Source: Camelus dromedarius
Taxonomy: Eukaryota
Assembly (NCBI RefSeq): GCF_036321535.1
Contig: NC_087436.1
Location: 43,278,001-43,342,000 of the forward strand
DNA: 64,000 nucleotides
Direction of reading: 5' to 3'
Below, piece by piece: positions 54,850 through 64,000 of this stretch (position 1 is the stretch's first letter; every line of letters starts with the position of its first letter). The notes beneath the pieces were generated by a model. It made no database searches, was not told the origin of the DNA, and saw only the letters and a program-made list of their open reading frames with translations. The position numbers were made by a program, and so were the translations under genes.

Positions 54850-54850
<1 letters not shown>

Positions 54851-54907
<57 letters not shown>
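54851..54907. repeat. (CA)n microsatellite
   Basis: Directly visible, long near-perfect run. Confidence 0.97.
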
Positions 54908-54909
<2 letters not shown>

Positions 54910-55683
54910 TCATTTGCAATGAAGCAGGAGACACAGACATTTAAAATACACTGCCAGGCTATAGACAGGCATTGATCACTCAAGAACAAATTCAAGTTCA
55001 AAATAAATATCTAATACTGGTTCAAACTGGAACAGATATGAGTATTTATCAAAATTACCGTTTAAACTGATATATTATGAGGATGGTAACTGATTTCCTT
55101 GCACTGTGTTAAAACACTGAATCAAGTAGGTTCATCCAGGTGTGCTGTACTTACCTCAGGGACTGATTGTAAAATATGGTATCACTAGTATTTTAAAAGC
55201 TGCATGTTGAGTGTGCATTTAATCAAGAATTAATGAACTGCAATTATAAAATGATAGGCTAAATTCAGCTTATTTCGAAGACTGTGAACACTTGGAGTAC
55301 CAGAAAGAACCTGAACTTTATTGTCCAACTGATAATTAATTAGGGCTGTATTTCAAGATCTCTCTAGAGCAAATTTATTCTGTGCACCTTAAGGTGTAAA
55401 TGTTTATAATCTTTCACATATTATTCATATTGGAATAAATATCCTGATTCTATGTCACTTGTTCTCCCTGGAAAACGGGAGAATTTTGAAAAGTTTTTAA
55501 TTGTCCTCTACTTTTTTTTTTTTTGACAACAATAATTTTACAGGCAATCAAAAACCATGGGAATATAAAAATAAAAACATAAAATTAATATCATTAATTC
55601 AGTTTTTCCAAAATTGTGTCAGTGTGGTCTTATGTCCTGCAAGCTACAATGTTATTCGCCATATGTTGTTAAGAAATGAATAT

Positions 55684-55782
55684 GGGGAGGAGGAGCTGGT
55701 ATAACTCAGTGGTAGAGCACATGCTTAGCATGCATGAGGTCCTGGGTTCAATCCCCAGTACCTACATTAAAAGAAAAAGAAG
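55684..55782 (+). mobile_element. tRNA-derived SINE (Vic-1-like, short form)
   Basis: GGTATAACTCAGTGGTAGAGCACATGCTTAGCATGCATGAGGTCCTGGGTTCAATCCCCAGTACC. TSD AAGAAATGAATA at 55671-55682 and 55783-55794. Confidence 0.92.
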
Positions 55783-56139
55783 AAGAAATGAATACTTGAC
55801 AGAGCACTGTCTGTGGCCATCTTGAAATTTATTCTCACGCGTATAATAATGAACTACAGTAAATAGACTCATGCTAATGTTTGTATGTGTATAATCTTTA
55901 GAGTTATAAGTTTATAAATCACTCTATGAGGTCAATGTATCATGTATCTTCTCTGCAGAAGATAAGAAGGGAAGGAACGTAAATATGATAAGAAAATACA
56001 GACCTGTTTCTAAAACTTAAGAATTTTCCTTTTAAGAGGAGTTATTTTTAAAATCTTTTTAATAGAAATGTTTTTCCTTTCTACTAGATCTTTAGAGCTG
56101 GCATTTAAACCGTCTCAGAGCTTTTCCCGGTCAATAAAG

Positions 56140-56830
56140 AATCTCCCCCCTGAGCTACTGTCCTCCCGAAACCTGCTCCTCACTTTGTCTTCTCACCAAC
56201 AAGCGCCCCTACACACCTTGCTGCTTAAACTGGAAATGCTGATGTTTTTGATATTCCCTTTTCTTACACCCAGTCCTGAGGGGTCAACTTTTTTCCATCC
56301 CTTTGCCACTCTGTTAGGTCAGGAATTAATTCTCTGTTGATTGAGCATAACCATCTCATAAAGAGTTTCCTCTTTCTAGTCCTGCTCTATTCCAATCCAT
56401 TCTGTACACCACAGCCAGAGTGATCTTTCAAAGCTTAAACCTGTTCAGGGCACTTCTTATAATCTTCAGGATAAAAGGGAAAATCTTTACTGCAGTATAC
56501 AGAGTCCTGCGGGATCTAACCCCCTCCCTCCCTCATCTTAACCTGTTCGCTTGTAATTTCTTCTGGAGTTTTATAAACAACTAATACTCCATCGGGACCA
56601 CCTCCCTGTCTCCCTGTGTATTGACAAGACTTCTCTTGGAAGCCCTGCCTGGCCAGGATTAAGGGCCTATTGTGAACATGGAGTCATCACAGCGACAGCT
56701 ACACTGCACTGTCTGTAATCAGCTCTTTTTGTGCCTGTTTCCTTCACTAGAGTATGAGCTCTTCATATTTTCTTTTTCTGTTTGTCTCTAGTGCTTCTGA
56801 TAATGCCTCTAATATAGCAGACACCCATAT
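56140..56830 (+). mobile_element. L2 LINE fragment
   Basis: TCCAATCCATTCTGTACACCACAGCCAGAGTGATCTTT...CACTAGAGTATGAGCTC are L2 motifs. Confidence 0.6.
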
Positions 56831-59299
56831 TTAATTACCGAATATATAAAAAATAAAGTTCTTCCCTAACACATTTAAAATAAGATTGCTCTGCAAACAT
56901 TTATTTCATTCATTCCATATTTATTCAGCACTATATGCCAGGCCCAAACATATCACTTAAATAAAAAGAGACAAATGTGTAATATGTCTGATATACACAC
57001 AGAAATGCTCCAAGAAATCTCTGAGAACGGCAGTCTGCAGCTATCTATTCAATTATCAGGAAATGCTCCTTAGTTTTGTTCACATTACTATTCTGTCAGC
57101 TCCTATGTGATTATTTTTTCAGATGTTTGATTTTGTAGTGAAATGGTCTAGGCACTGAACCTACTGGTAATCATCTGAATGTGAGGACGGTGAAAAGACC
57201 AAAAATACAAATGACCACAAGAGTGTTGGTAGCCACAAGCCAGAAGATGGTTTTAAGACAATTGATCACACCATGGATATTTCATCCACACCTAAACTCC
57301 ACAGAGAGGAATCACTGCTAATGCCAGACAAATGCAGTGATTGTTCTCTAGAGGTAAAATAGATTACTCTGACAATAGATGTCTACACACACACACACAC
57401 ACAGCTCTGCAGGTTGGACATCATGGGCCTCCAAGGTATTCTGTGTGGTAGAAACCTCTTTTCCTTCCATTCTTTCCACCTGTACAGCTGCTCTCTGCTC
57501 TTGCATTATAGGCTCTTTTTAAAATTGATAATAATAGGTCATCAATAGATTCCTGCACTTACTGTCACATCTAACCCTCTTCACAGCCATTACCTCTCTG
57601 CGGCCAAGATCTTCTCTGACACTGCCTCCAGTCTGTGCCACTCACTTCCTCCTCCTCTTCTCCACTGTTTCTCTTTATTTCTTCACATGTATCCTTACTT
57701 CTAACATGTCTTACCTTTAATGCAAACACTAACCTTTTGTAAACAACAACAACCAATAATATAGCAAATTCATGAATCAATGTACAGTAAGTACTCATAG
57801 AAAAGATGTGCATTTCCTACTTTCATTCATAAAAAACAACTAATTAAAGTGATTAGGTGGAATTCTACAATTTTAACCACTAGTAGACATCAGTGACTCA
57901 GATATATGTTAACTGCGGTAAATGTGCATTTTGTAAAAAGGAGCACCATAAAAATTCAAATTCTTGCCTTCTTTTTTTATGACACTTCGGAAGTTTGAAA
58001 TTTTCCAATTTCTAAATGCCTATGGTAATAACATTTATTTCTGACTTCATATTTTGATAACTCAAAGGACTCTACTGCAAGATACTAATCAGATTTTGTC
58101 AAATTTCAATAAACACATAGGTCATGTTCTATTTGGTTGACTAAGAAGCATGTTATGGAAATTCTTCCTAAAAAAGAATCATCGATAAGTATAAATCTAG
58201 CCTCCGTTAACCACTGACATTTTTAAAATGTCAATTTTACTGAAATATGTTCGTTCTATTTTAATAACGTTCGATTTTAGCCGCTTTGGGGATCAAATGT
58301 TAAAAACCATTTCTGCTAAGTTTCCTTCTCTTGGCTCTGGAACCCAAAATAGTTCAGTTTATTAATATCCCACAGTAAGATAAGGGAGGATCGATCTCTC
58401 TATGTTAGAAAGATATCATACAGATCCTTGACCTCACCATTCAGCAAAGCAGAAATGGCACTCAAAGACCTCCTCGTGCTGCCCACCTTTTTGCGTCTGG
58501 AGTCAACAATACCTCAGTGGCCTTCCTTTTCCAGTTTGCTTTGTATTTATGTTTGGGTGCTCCCTGTGGCCCAGTGAAAAAACTAACTTTCAAGAAATTT
58601 GAGAACTATCTCCAGCTGCAGTTTGATAAGCTGACTTCCAATTAACCAACCATTTGATATTTTGGATCTATGAGACCTAACTCATCTGTCCTCCACTCTT
58701 ACAACAGATTCCTGTGGAAGACGTGCAGGACTTAGACATCTGCTGTGAAGCTATTTTGATTGCTGGAGATGTGAGTCGGACTTGAGCACTTGATAATTTT
58801 AACCATTCTCCTTCTTCCTTTAATCTTATTATTGAAGACCTTACTATACTATAGTATAAACTACATTATGACTCTTAAGAGGTCCCTCTATGCATTTTGC
58901 TTTGTTCCCTGAAATCTTAGAAATATTTTTGTGTATCTTAGTGATCTATAATCCAGATCACAGATACTTTTCTCTCTAGCGTCATAAGACGGAGAAGTAC
59001 AGATACAGGTTATCCAAAGTTTTCTCTTTCTTCCTTTTTAAACTTTACTTTTTCCATTTGACAACGGGGGTCGTAATCATTTCTACCCCATGGTATTGCT
59101 GACAGATTAAATACATTGCTACATCTTATGTGCTTAGCACAGTGCCTGACACATAGCTTTGTTCAGGAAATGTTAGCTATGATTATTTATTTTTACCTTT
59201 ATCCTTTTTTTGGATTGGATGGCCCCAAATCATATCTATTATCTATTCTACAGTTTAACTTAAAAGTATTACAAAATCGGATATTGTGTCATAGTATGG

Positions 59300-59470
59300 G
59301 TTAGAGAGCAGGCATAGGCTTTGGAATGAGATATCTGGAATCTGTCTCTCACTCAAGGATTTATTTTCTGTGAGATTTGGGGACAAATGAATTCATCATT
59401 CTAAGCCTCATTTTCTTCACCTAAAAGATGAGGTTGAAAATATCTATCTTACTGTGAGAATTAAATAAAC
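59300..59470 (+). mobile_element. MIR SINE
   Basis: GGTTAGAGAGCAGGC..AGGCTTTGGAA...CTAAGCCTCATTTTCTTCACCTAAAAGATGAGG...GTGAGAATTAAATAA. Confidence 0.6.
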
Positions 59471-62400
59471 AACAAATAATTGCAAAAAACAAGTATAGAG
59501 CCTATATGTTCTTACTTCTCTTGGCATCCCATTGGCTGCCTCCATTCATCCTTAATTTCAGGACAAATGGGTCAGACTTCCTCAGACTTCCACTCAGTGG
59601 TAGCTCACAATGAAATCATCCTCAGAAGAAGCTTCTCCTGTTCCCCTGTCTCACTTACCAACCATTTAGAAGCAAGTCCTTGTACCTTCCCCTGTATCTC
59701 AAGACAACTGAAAATTATGTTACTCCCACAGTATAACTTCATTTTCCTTCACATGTTGTCACTAAAGAGGAGTAACACTTACGGCTAAATATTGTCTGTG
59801 TGATCAAAACGCTAGTGCCTCTCTCTTGCTAGAGGGCTGCCAGGAAGAGGGTCGTGGGTCGTACAACTTCCAAGGTACGTTCATCACATTTTTCTTTTCC
59901 TGACACTGAATCTCGGTCCCATGATCAATATCAGTGAAGGGTACCATGCTGGCCAAGAAGAGATGATGGCTTGATTCTCAAGTATTGATGGCTGCTGAAA
60001 TTCCCCATGGCCCAATAAAAACCCCAGCGTTGACTGTTTCTTACATCGGTGATAAGGTAATTATGTGATATCCAGCTGAGCCCAGTCTCTGCAACCACAT
60101 CGGGTCTAATGTTGGATCCCAAAGGCGCCCATCTATTTCGTGGGCCGTTTCTGGCTGAGACAGTGCCTTCATGCCTCAGGCTGGAGTTGGAAGGTATAAA
60201 GTAGTGCTGCAAAATGATCCTATACTTTAAATTTCGATACTTTTTAATTTACAGAATTTGTTTTTCAATTTCACACACTTATGAAAAGGATCCATCCCTT
60301 TGTTAAATCTTATTAAAATGATCCCTCCCTTAAGTACATTTGAAGTACATACTTCAGTAAAACTGTAACACTCTAACTTCAATATATTAAACACTCAGGA
60401 CGGGAGAAGTAGATATTATTATTATTATCAAAACACATATAAAAATGGAAATAAAACTTTGAAAAATGTAGATGTATAGACTATAGATACATATGTACAT
60501 ACATATACATACATATCATGCCTTAGGAACAGAATTCCAAGGATAAGCTTTCTCAGAGAAGAACCTACTTCAAAATGAGCTAACTAGGAAAAAAACAAAA
60601 CCCTCTAATCAAGTTGTATTAGCATTTATGGGCTGAGTGTTGTAACATCTCAGAGTAGTAGTCTATTTTTTCTTTTATATGGTAGAGACACTTTCCTGGT
60701 CAACTTTACTACTCTGGTAGGTCAAATTCTTGACCTGTTTACTTCATGGTATTAAATGATAATTGAACTCAAGGAGGAAAGTGGAGGGGGAAGCCTTTGA
60801 ACCCTTAAAGCTCTTGTCTATACATTTCATTCTTATATCTTGCCCAGCTGTGTTTTTATCCCTGAATCTCCTATGAAAATGCATGTGGGTTCACATAGAG
60901 AAAAACTGCTTCTTCAGGATATGGACAATCACAAAGATCCCATTTAACTCTCCTGCGCTTTAGTGTGCAGGAATGTGAGAAGGTTTTATACTCAGCTACA
61001 ATACACTGCTTGTTGCAACAGAAGTGCGCCTTTGGTGTTCTGTCCTGCAGGTTGGTCCCCACTTGAGAGAGTCTACAAAATATGCTGATACGCCACAGGT
61101 GCTTGTGCAGCCTTTAAAGTCTAAGTGAGCTGCACTCTTCCTTGCTTTACTTTTGCATTACAATGATGTGCCTGCTTTTTAGCAGCTTTCCAGTGGGAGA
61201 AACCTATACATATTGGGAGAGGGACTCCTTCAAAAGTTTTATAAACCACTGGAACACAGAAATGCATCACAAGGAATGAAACTCAGATTTCAGGAAAACA
61301 GCCTATACCTAAATAAACTGTATGCCTGAGTCACTGGCCTGCAGCCACCTCATCACAGGAGCTTGGGTGACATTCATTAAAATAGAGCAGGTAGAGAGCA
61401 AGGAAAGTTACTGAGTTTAGCCAAGCTTTAGGGCAGCTAGACATGCCATTAATATGCACTGCAGTTTGAACAGGATCAAGGTTAAGGGGAGAAACAATGC
61501 AAACAGGAGTTATGAGACAGCGTTGCCAGCCTAATTTGTAGACTTCATACACCCCAAAGGGAAGTTTCAAGTCCTACAAAGACAAGGAAATTTGTATTGA
61601 AAATAGTAAAATTAATAGTTTACAAAGTTATTAATTTATAGTCTTAAACATTAGTGTGACTTTAAGATGCAAATATAGTGTATTAACATTTAAATACACA
61701 AGTACATGGAAAGGTTAAAAAATATTTTTCCAGAAAACTTTCTGTCCCATCCTTCATAGCATCGTTAATTTCCTTGTTAACATACGCAGTTGAGAATAGC
61801 TGTTCACAAAATATTAAAACCTCTGGTTCTGTTCTATTCTGTGATAATTGCTTATGCTTGGTACACTCTACAAGTTACCCAAATTTGCTTTCTAAATCTG
61901 ATTCAGAAGACTAATCTATGACAAATTGGAGTTAAGGACACAAAAATAGTAATTAGATGTTTAGAATCTACTCTGTCTTAGGCAATGGTGACATTGCCTG
62001 TATCAGGAAGAAAATCGTCCGTCATTATGGGCACAGCAAGCTCATCAAATCCCTTGACACCAGGGCATTAGGCTGTTCCACACAGGACACTGTTCTCACC
62101 ATGCATTAAAACTCTGAAGCCCATAGGCTTAGAGAAAGAACCTAAACTCCTCCTAGGTAAACACATGTAGTTATCACTATATCATACAGTTATTTACATA
62201 GAGAAAATGCATGTAATGTTAACAGAAGTACCTGTATGGTCTCTGATCAGTGGTCGAGTGCTCTGCAGGAGGTGGTTTAAAACACATGCTCAACTTACAA
62301 TATCATTATACATTTGACTATAACTAAGAATTTAGTGTTGTGAGTGAACCAACATTACATACCTAAATATTTTACCAAGCTAGATTGAGGTGGACAAGTG

Positions 62401-63326
62401 AATTCCTACGGGTAAAGAAAACAGAAGGAAAATTTTTACTTAGTTCAGCTATGGGGTGACGAAGTTAATTAAAATGAGAAATGGAGTGCACTGCTGGGAG
62501 GGACCAGGGGGTGAGTCATGAGCTGTGAGAGTACTACTTGTATATGGAGAGCAGAAAATTATCAGAGATTCAACTATGGTATTTCAGAGAGAAAGTTAAT
62601 TCTCATGGCCTAAGAGGAAAAAGGGCAACTCGGTCATACATTATCACCACTGAAGCAGAAGCAGCGCATTATACAGGTCCTTGCAGATTCATGGTGTTTC
62701 TTAGTTACAAAAAAGAAGCAGAGAAGTAGGACAATTATCCCAGTAATCAAACTACAGAAAATTATAATTTTGCACACCAGCGGGAAGATGAAAAGTGCTC
62801 AGCAAATGTCTAATTGCAATGTTATTTTATCATCAGGAAATAAATAAATACACTTCTACCCATTACCAAAACAAAGATCTTTTAAATTGACATTTTACGG
62901 TCATTTTACAAACTTTAAAAAGGATTCAGGGATAAAATGAGAAAAATAAGAAAAGCATTGCAGCAATGTCAAGGTCATCTATGTCAAGAGAGTGATGCTT
63001 AGTATAAGACAGACACGTGATTCATTAAGACCAACTTCAGATATTTGAAAAATCACATGATCATGGATAAAATACAATTCTAGTAATTTGAGTTATATTA
63101 TTGATATACTATACATAAGTTCTTTGCATGTGCCATTTTTTAAAATATTAATTTAGGTAAAAATATGCAGAACTATATGTAAAACAAAAAACCCCAAACA
63201 ATTCTGTTTTGCATTTATAATTCCATTATAGCTTTAAAGTAAATTAAAAAAATACAACAGTCTCTTTTTTTGAATGTGTCTGGGAGTTCAAGAGACAGCA
63301 AAAGTTATTCTAAACTGTACAAGATA

Positions 63327-63432
63327 GCAGCCGCTCACCTGAGCCTGCCCGCTCTCCCCAAGAGTGTACTATCCATCCTTTAATAAATCCTCACTTAACT
63401 TTTTAAAAAAAATAAAAAAATAAAAAAATAAA
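63327..63432 (+). mobile_element. Short polyadenylated retroposed insertion (LTR-R-like 3' end) with 16-bp TSD
   Basis: TAAACTGTACAAGATA duplicated at 63311-63326 and 63433-63448. AATAAA at 63382-63387, with an A tail starting at 63405. Confidence 0.85.
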
Positions 63433-63589
63433 TAAACTGTACAAGATAATTGTGTCTCCTAAGTTTTTCTCTCATGAAGACGTAGACACAATTAGTTAAT
63501 TAGTAATAAATTCTGTAGCTAAAAACAATTCACTGATAGAAATTTTGAGAGTTTGAACTATCAAACAGGCTAGATTGCTGTTTACCTTT

Positions 63590-64000
63590 GAATCTTTGTC
63601 TTAATTATAATTCATATGATTTCTTCCAGATTTGTTAATTGAAATTCTACTGTAAGAAAAATATTTCCCTTCTCCTTGCTTATTAATTTAATTATCCAAT
63701 TATTTATTTCTATTAGTACATTTATATATTTTAGTATATTAGACTCATGGATATTTATTTTATTCTATCAGTTATAATTCATTACTTTCATTATTTATTT
63801 TGTTGCTCAAATTTCTCTGTAGTAGGTCACTGGGAGCTCCTTCAGGTTGGCACGCCCCGTCATTTTTTAAGCACTTTCTTACTTGATTCAGCCATTTTCA
63901 CAAGGAGTTTTGGTTCCTCATATTGGAAAACTGTATTTAGAAAAGGCCTGGGCTACATATGCTCATTGCTACTGAGATGCCATTGCTGTAAGGCCCTCTC
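63590..64000 (-). mobile_element. Ancient L1M-type fragment (runs off window end)
   Basis: GACTCATGGATATTTATTTTATTC...TATTTTGTTGCTCAAATT...GGGAGCTCCTTCAGGTTGGC...CAGCCATTTT..CAAGGAG. Confidence 0.6.

Noticed and set aside
55156..55237. Strong minus-strand donor GAG|GTAAGT with upstream TTGCAG acceptor
   Set aside because: Weak pyrimidine tract and an in-frame stop. Isolated consensus donors are common in long introns.
55697..55762. tRNA gene-like sequences here and in the five similar copies
   Set aside because: A tails, TSDs and broken acceptor stems show they are SINEs, not tRNA genes.

Overview
Mammalian nuclear DNA, AT-rich and repeat-dense, lying inside the ankyrin-2 gene (ANK2, minus strand). 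The only securely identified coding exon is the 102-nt phase-0 exon at 16397-16498 ([34 protein letters not shown], canonical exon 2). Everything to its right is the long upstream intron and everything to its left is the downstream intron. The downstream intron holds a decayed, intronless RBM42 retrocopy (about 2937-4510). Six copies of one tRNA-derived SINE resembling camelid Vic-1, plus the L1 3' ends, suggest a camelid source (inference). The rest is L1 fragments, MIR/L2, MER5/MER58-type DNA transposon relics, LTR-like pieces and microsatellites. The most interesting observations are: (1) a ~330-bp element made of an L1 5' end joined directly to an L1 3' end at a splice-like junction; (2) a candidate alternative ANK2 N-terminal coding exon at 46583-46702 that is in frame with exon 2 but has ACG where a start ATG would be expected; (3) a TSD-flanked, polyadenylated mini-retrocopy of an LTR-like transcript end; (4) a candidate 96-nt stop-containing cassette exon. 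No prokaryote-type system (CRISPR, operon) is present, and most ORF-track entries are chance or repeat-derived. All family names are recalled from memory, not from database searches.
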